DNA of 64,000 nucleotides from Candidatus Eiseniibacteriota bacterium (GTDB lineage: Bacteria > Eisenbacteria > RBG-16-71-46), in assembly GCA_963744995.1 (NCBI GenBank), contig CAVUWA010000009.1, positions 256,001-320,000 of the forward strand. The letters are read 5' to 3'. Of the stretch, positions 40,182-50,096 are shown one piece after another. The translations under genes were made by a program, and so were the position numbers. The notes under the pieces are model-generated. The model was not told the DNA's origin, did not search any database, and worked only from the letters and a program-made list of their open reading frames with translations. Within the stretch, counting starts at the first letter, position 1; each line of letters opens with the position of its first letter.

Positions 40182-41435
40182 ATGTCGGACCTGCGCGATC
40201 AGGATGTTCACCTGTACGACGCCATCGAGTCCGAGCGCAGGCGCCAGGGTGCGACGCTCGAGCTGATCGCTTCGGAGAACTTCGTGAGCCCGGCGGTGCT
40301 GGAGGCTGCGGGCTCGGTCCTGACCAACAAGTATGCCGAGGGGCTGCCCGGCAAACGCTACTACGGCGGCTGTGAGTTCGTGGACGTCGCCGAGAACCTG
40401 GCGATCGAGCGGGTGAAGACGCTGTTCGCCGCCGATCACGCCAACGTGCAGCCGCACTCCGGCGCTTCGGCGAATCTGGCGGCGTACTTCGCCGTGTCCG
40501 CGCCGGGCGACACGCTGCTCGGCATGAGCCTGGCCCACGGCGGCCACCTGACGCACGGCCACCCGGTGTCGGTGACCGGGAAGCTGTGGAAGCCGGTGCA
40601 GTACGGCGTGCGCGAAGAGGACGGACGGATCGACTACGACCAGGTCGAGCGGCTCGCCAGGGAGCACCGGCCGCGCATGATCGTGGCCGGCGCGAGCGCC
40701 TATCCGCGGATCATCGATTTCGAGCGTTTCGGGAAGATCGCGCGCGAGGTCGACGCCACGCTGATCGTGGACATGGCCCACATCGCCGGACTGATCGCCG
40801 CCGGCGTGCACCCGAGCCCCGTGCCCCACGCGGATCTGGTGACGAGCACCACGCACAAGACCCTGCGCGGCCCGCGCGGCGGCATCGTGCTGGCGAAGGC
40901 GGCGCACCGCGAGGCGCTCGACAAGGCGGTGTTCCCGGGCCTGCAGGGAGGGCCGCTGATGCACGTGATCGCCGCGAAAGCGGTGTGCTTCGGCGAGGCG
41001 CTCACGGAAGGCTTCCGCGGCTACGCGCGGCGCATCGTGGACAACGCGCAGACGCTCGCCGGTGCACTCGCCGAGCGCGGCTTCGACCTGGTCTCGGGCG
41101 GCACCGACACTCACCTGCTGCTGGTGGACCTCAGGGCGAGAGGGGTGACCGGCAAGACCGCCGAGGAGGCGCTGCACCGTGCGCACATGACGGTCAACAA
41201 GAACGCGGTGCCGAACGACCCCCAGAAGCCGTGGGTGACGAGCGGCATCCGCATCGGCACGCCCGCCCTCACCACGCGCGGGTTCGGCACCGAGGAGATG
41301 CGGCTGATCGGCGGCTGGATCGCGCGCGTGCTCGAGGCCCCCGACGAGCCGGGCCGGGCCGAGGCGGTCGGGCGCGAGGTGCTGGAACTCGCTGCCGCCT
41401 ACCCGATGTTCGCCTGGGAGCCGGTGCTGCGCTGA
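40182..41435 (+). CDS. glyA: Serine hydroxymethyltransferase
   Basis: [31 protein letters not shown] and SGIRIGT motifs. Confidence 0.97.
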   Translation: MSDLRDQDVHLYDAIESERRRQGATLELIASENFVSPAVLEAAGSVLTNKYAEGLPGKRYYGGCEFVDVAENLAIERVKTLFAADHANVQPHSGASANLAAYFAVSAPGDTLLGMSLAHGGHLTHGHPVSVTGKLWKPVQYGVREEDGRIDYDQVERLAREHRPRMIVAGASAYPRIIDFERFGKIAREVDATLIVDMAHIAGLIAAGVHPSPVPHADLVTSTTHKTLRGPRGGIVLAKAAHREALDKAVFPGLQGGPLMHVIAAKAVCFGEALTEGFRGYARRIVDNAQTLAGALAERGFDLVSGGTDTHLLLVDLRARGVTGKTAEEALHRAHMTVNKNAVPNDPQKPWVTSGIRIGTPALTTRGFGTEEMRLIGGWIARVLEAPDEPGRAEAVGREVLELAAAYPMFAWEPVLR

Positions 41436-41581
41436 GCGGTCCGGTGCCCCGGGCCGTGCAAGCTGGCGGCCCGGAGCGTGTGGGTTGCACGAAGCGCCGG
41501 GCGTCCCGCGCCGCTCGCCCCGGCATGCCCCGCCGGGGCCCTGTGCGGCAAGGGGTTGCGGCCGCCGGCGCGAACGCCGCA

Positions 41582-41597
41582 TGGCATCCTTCCTGCA
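41582..41597 (+). promoter_or_regulatory. sigma54 (-24/-12) promoter
   Basis: TGGCATCCTTCCTGCA, with GG at 41583-84, exactly 10 nt, then GC at 41595-96. An IHF-like CAAGGGGTTG lies at 41549-58. Confidence 0.65.
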
Positions 41598-41654
41598 TTT
41601 CAGCCGGCCGGTTCGGCTCCACGCGCTCGCACCTTTTCCCTGAAAGCGGCCTCC

Positions 41655-42032
41655 ATGACCACGCCCGTCACCAGATGGGTCCTCGCCCGAATGTGGCCGT
41701 TCGCGCGCGCGGCGACCCTGCACCGTGCGGCGCTCGAGGCGTCCGCCGCCGGGGACCGCCGCGGTGCGGCTCTGCTGCTCGCGCGCGCGGCGCGCGCCTA
41801 TCGGAAGGAGCTGCGCGTCGAGGCACTGGCGCGGCTGCGCGTGCACGAGCGCATGATGCACTGGAGGGAGAGCTGCGACGAGGCGCTGGCGGTCGAGATC
41901 GAGCGCCGTCTCGCCCGGCTCGACCTGATCGAATCCCTCGACCCGCCGTTCCGCGTCATGCCGGCGCACGAGGTGATGGGCGCGTGGCGCGGCGACCCGA
42001 GCATGATGGCGGGCGCGCCGCGCGCCGCCTGA
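41655..42032 (+). CDS. Hypothetical helical protein (125 aa)
   Basis: Fills the gap between glyA and moxR with GC3-rich codon usage and follows the sigma54 promoter. No motif recognised. Confidence 0.65.
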   Translation: MTTPVTRWVLARMWPFARAATLHRAALEASAAGDRRGAALLLARAARAYRKELRVEALARLRVHERMMHWRESCDEALAVEIERRLARLDLIESLDPPFRVMPAHEVMGAWRGDPSMMAGAPRAA

Positions 42033-42173
42033 TCCGCCGCACCCCCGACCGCACGCCCTGACGATTTCCGAACACTGCGCTCCGCCTGCGCTGGACCGCG
42101 ATGGCGCGTCGGCTATACTGGCGCGTCCTGACGGCGCAGCCGCGCCCGGACGGTCCACAAGGAGGAGGAACCG

Positions 42174-43160
42174 ATGACCGTGGATACCAAGGAGTCCGCC
42201 CGCCGGATCGAACATGCGGGCGAGGTGCTGGGCCGCGTGCGCACGGAAGTCGGACGCGCGGTCGTCGGCCAGCACGTGATGATCGACCGGCTGCTGGTCG
42301 GCCTGCTCACCGGCGGCCACGTGCTGCTCGAGGGCGTGCCGGGGCTCGCGAAGACCCTCGCGGTGAAGAGCCTCTCCGACGCGCTCTCGCTCAGCTTTCG
42401 CCGCATCCAGTTCACGCCCGACCTGCTGCCCGCCGACCTCACCGGCACCCTGATCTACAGTCCGCGCGACGGCTCGTTCACCGCCAAGCACGGCCCGCTG
42501 TTCGCGAATCTGGTGCTCGCCGACGAGGTCAACCGTGCGCCCGCCAAGGTGCAGTCGGCGCTGCTCGAGGCGATGCAGGAGAAGCAGGTGACGATCGGCG
42601 ACGAGAGCCACCCGCTCGCCGAGCCGTTCCTGGTGATGGCGACGCAGAATCCGATCGAGCAGGAGGGGACCTACACGCTGCCCGAGGCGCAGAGTGACCG
42701 CTTCATGCTCAAGGTGCGCGTGTCCTATCCGACGCGGCACGAGGAGAAGGAGATCCTGAAGCGCGTGGGGCTCGCCGCGCTGCCGGCGCTCCGGCCGCAG
42801 GCGAGCCGGGACGAGGTGCTCGCCGCGCGCGAGGCGCTCCACATGGTCTACGTGGACGACAAGCTCCAGGAATACGTCCTCGACCTGGTGTCGGCGACGC
42901 GCCGCCCGAAGGATTTCGGCCTGGCGCTGGAGACCCTGATCCAGTTCGGCGCCTCGCCGCGCGCGACGCTGTTCCTGGTGCGCGGGGCGCAGGCCCTGGC
43001 GCTGATCGAGGGCCGGCCCTACGTGCTGCCGGAGGACGTCAAGCACATCGCGCTCGACGTGCTCCGCCACCGCATCCACGTCACCTACGAAGCGGAGGCC
43101 GAAGGGGTCGACGGCGAGGAAGTCGCCCGCCGGATCCTCGACCAGGTCCGCGTTCCCTGA
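42174..43160 (+). CDS. moxR: MoxR family AAA+ ATPase
   Basis: LEGVPGLAKT, RIQFTPDLLPAD, DEVNRAPAKVQSALLEAM, ATQNPIEQEGTY and GASPRA motifs. Confidence 0.95.
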   Translation: MTVDTKESARRIEHAGEVLGRVRTEVGRAVVGQHVMIDRLLVGLLTGGHVLLEGVPGLAKTLAVKSLSDALSLSFRRIQFTPDLLPADLTGTLIYSPRDGSFTAKHGPLFANLVLADEVNRAPAKVQSALLEAMQEKQVTIGDESHPLAEPFLVMATQNPIEQEGTYTLPEAQSDRFMLKVRVSYPTRHEEKEILKRVGLAALPALRPQASRDEVLAAREALHMVYVDDKLQEYVLDLVSATRRPKDFGLALETLIQFGASPRATLFLVRGAQALALIEGRPYVLPEDVKHIALDVLRHRIHVTYEAEAEGVDGEEVARRILDQVRVP

Positions 43161-44041
43161 TGCAGCCCGCCGACCTGCTGACGCGGGTGCGCCGCCTCGA
43201 GATCCGCAGCCGGCACCTGGTGGAGGACCTGTTCGCCGGGCAGTCGGAGAGCGTGTTCAAGGGGCGCGGCATCGAGTTCGAGGAAGTGCGCCCGTACGTT
43301 CCCGGCGACGAGGTGCGGACGATCGACTGGAACGTCACCGCGCGCCTCGGCGCTCCGTACGTCAAGCGCTTCGTCGAGGAACGCGAGTTGACCGTGCTGC
43401 TGGTGGTCGACGTGTCCCGTTCGATGCGCTTCGGCACCGCCGGCGCGGAGAAGCGCGAACTGGCCGCCGAGCTGTGCGCCGTGCTCGGCTTCGCCGCGAT
43501 GCGCAACAACGACCGGGTCGGCCTGGTGCTGGCCGGCGAGCGGGTCGAGCACTTCGTTCCCCCGTCGCGCGGTCGCCAGCACCTGCTGCGCATGCTGCGC
43601 GACGTGCTGAGCCTCAGGGCGGAGCACGCGGGCACGCGGCTCGGCGAGGCCGTGCGCTTCGTCCTGCACACCACGCACCGCCGCAGTCTGGTGTTCTGGC
43701 TGTCCGACTTCCAGGACCGGCTCGAGACGCGCGACTGGCGCGTGCTGTCCAGACGCCACGACGTCACCGCGTTCGCGCTCACCGACCCGCGCGACCTGGC
43801 GCTGCCCGCGGTCGGCTGGGTCGAGCTCGAGGACCTCGAGAGCGGGCGCCGCGCGCTGGTGAACACCGGCAGCCGCAAGGTGCGCGAGCGCTATGCGCGT
43901 GACGCGGCGGCGCGGCGCCAGGAGACGTTCCGTGCGCTCGAACGCTCGCGCTGCTCCGTGGTGGAGGTGCGCACCGACGCGTCGTACCTGCCGGTGCTGA
44001 TGCGTTACTTCTCGGCGAAACGGCGGGGCCGCGTGCGATGA
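43160..44041 (+). CDS. DUF58 domain protein
   Basis: GIEFEEVRPY.PGD, IDWNVTAR, EERE and DVSRSM motifs. Confidence 0.92.
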   Translation: MQPADLLTRVRRLEIRSRHLVEDLFAGQSESVFKGRGIEFEEVRPYVPGDEVRTIDWNVTARLGAPYVKRFVEERELTVLLVVDVSRSMRFGTAGAEKRELAAELCAVLGFAAMRNNDRVGLVLAGERVEHFVPPSRGRQHLLRMLRDVLSLRAEHAGTRLGEAVRFVLHTTHRRSLVFWLSDFQDRLETRDWRVLSRRHDVTAFALTDPRDLALPAVGWVELEDLESGRRALVNTGSRKVRERYARDAAARRQETFRALERSRCSVVEVRTDASYLPVLMRYFSAKRRGRVR

Positions 44042-45066
44042 GGGGTCGCGCGGCCGGCCGGCTCGCCGAATGCGCCCTGCTCGCGACGTGCGTCGCTGCC
44101 GCCGCGGTGTGGGGCGCGGGCGCGGCGCGTGCCGACGTGCCGGTGCGCACCCGCGCCGCGATCACGCCGTCCACCGCGAAGCTCGGCGAGCGCGTGACCT
44201 ATCGCGGCACGGTCATCGTCCACGGTGGAGCGGGTCCGGTGGCGATCCGCTGGTCCGATCCGGAGCGCACGGAGGCGCTGGCGTGGGGCGCGCTCGAGCC
44301 GCGCTACGTGCGCGGGCGGGCGCCGGCACGCACCGGCGCCGGCCGCGGCGAGCCGCCGCCCGGCGCGGCGGACTTCGACACCGCGTACGTCACCGCGAAT
44401 CTCCAGATCTTCGACACCGGTGTGGTGTCGGTGCCGGGGCTCGAGTTCCAGATGCAGGACGGCTCCGCGTGGAAGTCGTACCGCCTGCCGGTGGTGAAGA
44501 TGCCGGTCGTGCCCATGCTGTCGGCGGCGGACAGCAATGCGACGCTGCGGCCGCTGCGCGGCCCGCTGGGCGCGCCGTGGTGGGAGCGTGTGCCGTGGAC
44601 CATCGTCGGCGCCGCGCTGCTCCTGCTCGCGGCGGTCTTCCTGCTCTGGCGGCGGCTCCGGCGGCGCCATGCGGCGCCCGCGCCCGCGCTCCAGCCCGCG
44701 GCGATGCTCGAGGATCCGGGCGCCGAGGCGCTGCGTGAGCTCGCGGCGCTCCGGCGGCTGCAGCTGCCGGAGGCCGGCCGCTTCGCCGACCACGCCTTCG
44801 CGCTCACGCGCATCCTCAGGCGCTTCCTCGAACGCACGCGCTCGACGCCGCGCCCGGGGCACACGACCCCCGAGCTGGTCGCCGAACTGCGCGCGGCCGG
44901 TCTCGCCGCCGCCGACGTGGCGCGGATCGCGCGGCTGCTGCGCTACTGGGACGGGCTCAAGTTCGCGCGGGCGGAGACCGGTGCCGCGGAAGCGCGCGAG
45001 GCCGAGGACGCGGTCGAGGCGCTGGCCCGTGCGAGTCGCCCCCTGCCGCGCGGGGAGGCCGCCTGA
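44038..45066 (+). CDS. Exported/membrane protein of the Bat cluster
   Basis: Signal peptide, Ig-like region, a TM helix and C-terminal D.LKFA, between DUF58 and batA. Confidence 0.75.
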   Translation: MRGRAAGRLAECALLATCVAAAAVWGAGAARADVPVRTRAAITPSTAKLGERVTYRGTVIVHGGAGPVAIRWSDPERTEALAWGALEPRYVRGRAPARTGAGRGEPPPGAADFDTAYVTANLQIFDTGVVSVPGLEFQMQDGSAWKSYRLPVVKMPVVPMLSAADSNATLRPLRGPLGAPWWERVPWTIVGAALLLLAAVFLLWRRLRRRHAAPAPALQPAAMLEDPGAEALRELAALRRLQLPEAGRFADHAFALTRILRRFLERTRSTPRPGHTTPELVAELRAAGLAAADVARIARLLRYWDGLKFARAETGAAEAREAEDAVEALARASRPLPRGEAA

Positions 45067-46043
45067 TGCGCTGGGATCAGCCCTGGTGGCTGCTGGTGTT
45101 CGTGCTGGTGCCGTTCGCGATCTGGCGCGCGCGCCGCGCGGCCGCTCGCCCCCCCGCCGTGCTGTGGGCGGATCTGCACGGCGGCACGGCGCGCTGGCGC
45201 GCCGCGCTGCTGCGCGGGCTCGGGCTGTTGCCGTGGGCATGCATGCTGATCGCGATGGTCGCGCTCGCGCGGCCGCAGGAGGGCGTCAGCCAGAGCGAGA
45301 CCGAGACGCGCGGCGTGGACATCGTGCTCGCGCTCGACATCAGTCCCAGCATGGCAGCCGAGGACTTCCGTCCGCTCAACCGCCTGCACGTCGCCAAGGA
45401 GACCGCGCGCGAGTTCGTGCGCCAGCGCAGGCACGACCGGGTCGGCATCGTCGGCTTCGCCGCGACGGCGTTCACCCAGTGCCCGCTCACGCTCGATCAC
45501 GACGCCGTGCAGGATCTGATCCAGGGCCTCGACTTCGGGCTCGCCGAGGACGGCACCGCGATCGGCATGGGGCTCGCCACCGCGGTGAACGGGCTCAAGG
45601 AGAGCAAGACGCCGAGCAAGGTCGTCGTGCTGCTCACCGACGGCCAGAACAACCGCGGCCAGATCGACCCGCTCACCGCAGCCGACATCGCCAAAGCCTT
45701 CGGGGTCAAGGTCTACACCGTGCTGGTCGGGCGCGGCGGCGTCGTGCCGGTGCCGGTGGACGATCCGATCCGCGGGCGGCGCATCGAGATGGTGCGCATG
45801 GACGTCGACGAAGGCACGCTCTCGCAGATCGCCGAGCGCACCGGCGGCCGGTTCTTCCGCGCGCAGGACCCCGAAGCCCTGGCCGGAATCTACGACTCCA
45901 TCGACAAGCTCGAGCGTGCGCCGCTCAAGAGCATCGAGTACCGGGAGTACCGCGACCTCGGTCCGTGGCTGCTGGGAATCGCGGCGGCCCTGCTGCTGCT
46001 GCATGCGCTGCTCTCCACCACCTGGGGGTTCCGGGTGCCATGA
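45066..46043 (+). CDS. batA: VWA domain protein BatA-like
   Basis: ALARPQ, MIDAS DISPSM, GTAIG, LLTDG.NN and VYT..VG motifs. Confidence 0.88.
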   Translation: MRWDQPWWLLVFVLVPFAIWRARRAAARPPAVLWADLHGGTARWRAALLRGLGLLPWACMLIAMVALARPQEGVSQSETETRGVDIVLALDISPSMAAEDFRPLNRLHVAKETAREFVRQRRHDRVGIVGFAATAFTQCPLTLDHDAVQDLIQGLDFGLAEDGTAIGMGLATAVNGLKESKTPSKVVVLLTDGQNNRGQIDPLTAADIAKAFGVKVYTVLVGRGGVVPVPVDDPIRGRRIEMVRMDVDEGTLSQIAERTGGRFFRAQDPEALAGIYDSIDKLERAPLKSIEYREYRDLGPWLLGIAAALLLLHALLSTTWGFRVP

Positions 46044-46056
46044 ACGGAGAACCCGC

Positions 46057-47826
46057 GTGATCTTCGCGCATCCGCACTGGCTCTGGCTCGGCGTGCTCCT
46101 GGCGCCGCTCGTGGCGCTGGAGTGGCTGGCCGCGCGCCGGGCCGAGCGCGCGGTCCAGGCGCTGGTCGGCGATCGCGAGGGCCATCGCCTGCTCGCGCAG
46201 CGCCGCGCCGGGCAGCGGCGCCTGAGCGCCCTGCTGCGCCTCGCCGCGCTGGCGCTGCTGATCGTCGGTGCCGCAGGACCCGAATGGGGCCGCGAGGTGG
46301 TGCGTCGTGCGGCCACCGGCTCGGACATCGTGTTCCTGATCGACGTGTCGGCGAGCATGGACGCGCGCGACGTGCCGCCGAGCCGGCTCGCCGAGGCGCA
46401 GCGCGAGGCGCTGGCGGTCCTGGACCGGCTCGAGGGCAGCCGCGTCGGCGTGGTGGCGTTCGCGGGCGACGCGGTGCGGGTCTGCCCGCTCACGCTCGAG
46501 CGCAGCGCGGTGCGGCTGACGCTCGAGGGTCTCACCAGCGGGTCGGTGAGCGTGCCCGGCACCGACCTCGGCAAGGGGCTGCGCAAGGCGCTGCAGGTCA
46601 TGCCTCCCGGCCGGCGCGACGAGCAGGCCATCATCCTCTGGACCGACGGCGAGGATCTCGAAGCGGGTGGCCGCGCCGCCATCGACGACGTGGTGAAGGC
46701 CGGCGTGCGGGTGTTCGCCGTCGGCTGCGGCACCGCGGCGGGAGACGTGGTGCCGGTGCTCGACGATCAGGGTCGCGCGGTGGACGTCAAGCGTGACGCC
46801 GAGGGCGGACCGGTGCGCAGCCGCCTCGACGAGGCGCTGCTGCGCACGCTGGCGCGCCGCACGCGCGGCGGCTACTTCGCCGCCAGCCGGCCGGGTGGCG
46901 AGCTGCCGCGCCTGGTCGGTGCGCTCGGCTCGGTCGCGCGGGCGGCCCGCGGCGAGCGGCTGGTGGAGCGCCCGGTCGCGCGCTTCCCGCTGTTCGCCGG
47001 GCTCGCCGTGCTGTTGCTGCTGGCCGAGGCGGTGCGGGCGCGCCGGCGGCTCGAGACCGTGCTTCCGTCCGGCGATCGGGCGGCGGGCCGCGGACCCGGC
47101 GCCGGCGTGCGCGCGGCCGCGCTGCTCGGCTGCGTGGCGCTCGGCACGGCGTTCCACCCGCACGCGGCGGCGGCGCAGAGTGCGTGGGCGAAGGGCGATC
47201 GCGCATTCCGCGCCGGGCACTACGCCGAGGCGGAGTCGCTCTATGCGCGGCGCCTCAGGCACGGAGGGCCGGATGCCGTGCGGCTGAACCTGGCGACGGC
47301 GCGGGCCATGGCCGGCAGCGGGCGCGCCGAGGCGCCGCTCGCCGATCTGGCCCGCACGGACGACCGCACGGGCCGCACGGCGGGCTACAACCTGGGCACG
47401 GTGCTCGGTGAAAAGAACGAATTCGAACCGGCGCTGCGCGAGCTCAGGCGCGCGCTGGTGCGGGATCCGACGGACGCCGACGCGCGCTTCAACTACGAGC
47501 TGCTCCTCAGGCGCCAGCGCGAAGCCCGGCGCCGGCAGCAGCAGAACAGGAACCGGCCGCAGAACCCGCAGGATCAGCAGAAACAGCAGAAGCCGCAGCA
47601 GGGGCCGTCGCAGCCGGCGCCGAACGCGCCGCAGCCGCAGGGCGCACCGCAGCAGAGCCCGCAGGCGAAGCCGCCGCAGGCGCCGCCGCCGCCCGGCAGC
47701 GGCCAGGGCATGGACCGCGCCCAGGCCGAGCGGTTGCTCGGCGCGCTCGAGGACCTGCAGCGGCTCGAGCGGCAGCGGCACCAGAAGGTGCGCGTGATGC
47801 AGGAGAAGCGGGGGAAGGACTGGTGA
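46057..47826 (+). CDS. VWA plus TPR protein (BatB-BatC-like fusion)
   Basis: DVSASM..RDV.PSRL, TDGED, TM segments, TPR (YNLG, ARFNYEL), Q/P-rich linker and terminal KDW. Confidence 0.85.
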   Translation: MIFAHPHWLWLGVLLAPLVALEWLAARRAERAVQALVGDREGHRLLAQRRAGQRRLSALLRLAALALLIVGAAGPEWGREVVRRAATGSDIVFLIDVSASMDARDVPPSRLAEAQREALAVLDRLEGSRVGVVAFAGDAVRVCPLTLERSAVRLTLEGLTSGSVSVPGTDLGKGLRKALQVMPPGRRDEQAIILWTDGEDLEAGGRAAIDDVVKAGVRVFAVGCGTAAGDVVPVLDDQGRAVDVKRDAEGGPVRSRLDEALLRTLARRTRGGYFAASRPGGELPRLVGALGSVARAARGERLVERPVARFPLFAGLAVLLLLAEAVRARRRLETVLPSGDRAAGRGPGAGVRAAALLGCVALGTAFHPHAAAAQSAWAKGDRAFRAGHYAEAESLYARRLRHGGPDAVRLNLATARAMAGSGRAEAPLADLARTDDRTGRTAGYNLGTVLGEKNEFEPALRELRRALVRDPTDADARFNYELLLRRQREARRRQQQNRNRPQNPQDQQKQQKPQQGPSQPAPNAPQPQGAPQQSPQAKPPQAPPPPGSGQGMDRAQAERLLGALEDLQRLERQRHQKVRVMQEKRGKDW

Positions 47827-50096
47827 GGCGCGGCGTGCTGCTGCTGGTCGCCGCGCTCGCGGTCGTGCGGGCCGCGCCGCTGTCCGCGGCGCCCCAGGTG
47901 GAGGCACAGATCAGCCGCCGGCAGCTCTCGGTGGGCGAAAGCACGACGCTCGACGTGACCGTGCGCGGCGCCGGGGGCAACGTGGGCCAGCCGGAGTTCG
48001 ACGTGCCGCCCGGGATGGAGATCCTCGGCTCGTCGAGGCAGCAGAGCTTCTCGTGGGTGAACGGCAAGTCGAGCAGCGAGGTGCTGTTCCGCTACGACCT
48101 CGGGCCGAGCGCGACCGGCACGTTCCGTATCGGGCCCTTCCGCGTGAAGTCCGGAGGCGACACCTACACGGCGCCGGCGGTCACGGTGTCGGTAAGCGCG
48201 GCACCGACCCGGATCGGCCCGAGCGGCAGCGGACCCGCGGAGCTGCGCGTGGACGTCACGCCGGCGCATCCCTACGTGGGCCAGCCGGTGCTGCTGCGCG
48301 TGCGGCTGGTGCAGCGCGCCTCGCTCGCCGAAGACCCGCGCTACACGCCGCCGCCGACGCCGGGGTTCTGGAGCGAGGATCCGAGCCCGCCGGAATCCTT
48401 CTACGCCGACGAGGGCGGCAGGCGCGTCCTGGTGACCGAGACGCGCACCCGCATGTATCCGATTGCCGTGGGACGCATGACGGTGGGCCAGGCGACGGCG
48501 ACCGTCGCGCTGGCGATCCCGGGGGCGACGATGGATCCGCTGCAGTGGCTGCGCGGCCAGGTCCCGCGCCGCGCGGTCACGCTCGAGAGCGAACCGGTGG
48601 TGGTGGATGTGCGGCCGTTGCCCGCCGGCGCTCCGGACGGCTTCTCGGGCGCGGTCGGCACGCTGAGCGCCGCATGGACGGCCGACCGCAGCGAGACGCG
48701 CACCGACGTGCCGATCACGCTGCGGCTCGATCTGCGCGGCATCGGCAATCTGCCCCTGGTCCAGGCGCCGCGCCTCGATTCCGACGACTGGGAGATCTTC
48801 ACGAGCACCGTGGACGACAGCATGGGCGGCAGCGGCCGGCTGACGGCCGGACGGCGCCGGTTCATGTGGACCGCGCTGCCGCGGCAGGAAGGCCGCCTGC
48901 ACATGCCGGCGCCGACGTTCGCCTGGTTCGATCCCGATCGCGGCCGCTATGTGCGGCTCGCGGCGCCCGATCTGGTGGTGAACGTCGAGCCGCCGCTCGC
49001 CGGCGGCCCGCGCGCCGAGCGGCGGCTCCCTGCGGAACTGGGCCGCCGCACGCTCGATCCGTTCCGGCGTATGGCGCTGCCCTGGGCGTGGGCGCTCGGC
49101 GGGCTGGCGCTCGGCGCTGCCGTGTTCATCTGGCGGCGCTCGGCGCGTCCCGATCCCGACGCAATGGAGCGCGCGCGCCAGCGCGAGTGGCTGCGCGTCG
49201 TCGGCCTCGCGCACGGTCCGGACTTCTGGCGTGCCGCCGAAGAGGCTTCCGCCTGGGCGCAGGCCCGCGGCGCGGACGTCGAGCACCTGCGCCACGAGAT
49301 CGCCGCAGCCCGCTACGGCGGCTCGGTGACCAACGCCGAGAGCGTGCGCCGGCGCGTGGTCGAACTGCTCGGTCGCGCCCTGCCGCCGATGCGGCCGCGC
49401 TGGCCGCTGCAGGTGACGGCGGTGCTCGTGGCGCTCGGCGGCATCGTCCTGTGCGTGCTCACCGGGCCGCGTGGCGGACCGGCGAGCGGCATCGTGCGCG
49501 CGCGCGCGGCGGACCAGGCGGCGGCGGCGGGGCGCATCGACGAGGCGCGCAGCGGCTGGATCGGGCTCTGGCGTGAGGGCGCACGCGCTCCCGGACTCGC
49601 TGCGCGCATCGCCTGGTCTCATGCGAGCGTGGGCGACATCGGCCCCGCGGCGTTGTGGGTGCTGCGCGGCGAAGCGGCCGGGGGCCGCGAGCCGGCGCTC
49701 GGCTGGGTGCGCGAGCAGGTGCGCGAGGGCGGTGGCCTCGCCGGCGAGGACCCTGCCCACCTGCCGGTCACGCCCCTCGAGTGGGCGGTGCTGGCCCTGC
49801 TGGCGGGGCTCACGGCGGGGCTCGCCGCCCGCCGCCGCCCGCTGGCGCTCGCCGCGCTGGCTCTGGCGCTGCTGTTCGCCCTGTGGCGGCCGGTCGAATC
49901 GGCGTGGCAGGCGCGCACGCCGCGCGGGGTGGTGGCGAAGGAGGCGACGCTCGCAGGCCCCGGGCTGGACCTCGAAGCCGGGCACGTGGTGCGGGTGCTG
50001 GGCGCCGCGGGCGATTCGCTCCGCGTTTCGGCCGGCCACGGGGTCGTCGGCACGGTGCCCGCGCAGCGCATCCTCAGGCTCGGGGCCCCGGCGTGA
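47823..50096 (+). CDS. BatD-like protein with a BatE-like TPR/SH3 tail
   Basis: Signal peptide, Ig-like repeats (SWVNG, YVGQ, FSGAVG, GNL), TM helices and an SH3-like C-terminus. Confidence 0.8.
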   Translation: MRRGVLLLVAALAVVRAAPLSAAPQVEAQISRRQLSVGESTTLDVTVRGAGGNVGQPEFDVPPGMEILGSSRQQSFSWVNGKSSSEVLFRYDLGPSATGTFRIGPFRVKSGGDTYTAPAVTVSVSAAPTRIGPSGSGPAELRVDVTPAHPYVGQPVLLRVRLVQRASLAEDPRYTPPPTPGFWSEDPSPPESFYADEGGRRVLVTETRTRMYPIAVGRMTVGQATATVALAIPGATMDPLQWLRGQVPRRAVTLESEPVVVDVRPLPAGAPDGFSGAVGTLSAAWTADRSETRTDVPITLRLDLRGIGNLPLVQAPRLDSDDWEIFTSTVDDSMGGSGRLTAGRRRFMWTALPRQEGRLHMPAPTFAWFDPDRGRYVRLAAPDLVVNVEPPLAGGPRAERRLPAELGRRTLDPFRRMALPWAWALGGLALGAAVFIWRRSARPDPDAMERARQREWLRVVGLAHGPDFWRAAEEASAWAQARGADVEHLRHEIAAARYGGSVTNAESVRRRVVELLGRALPPMRPRWPLQVTAVLVALGGIVLCVLTGPRGGPASGIVRARAADQAAAAGRIDEARSGWIGLWREGARAPGLAARIAWSHASVGDIGPAALWVLRGEAAGGREPALGWVREQVREGGGLAGEDPAHLPVTPLEWAVLALLAGLTAGLAARRRPLALAALALALLFALWRPVESAWQARTPRGVVAKEATLAGPGLDLEAGHVVRVLGAAGDSLRVSAGHGVVGTVPAQRILRLGAPA

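Noticed and set aside
47535..47700. CAG/CCG-rich low-complexity repeat
   Set aside because: It encodes the Gln/Pro linker typical of BatC-like proteins and is not a DNA repeat element.
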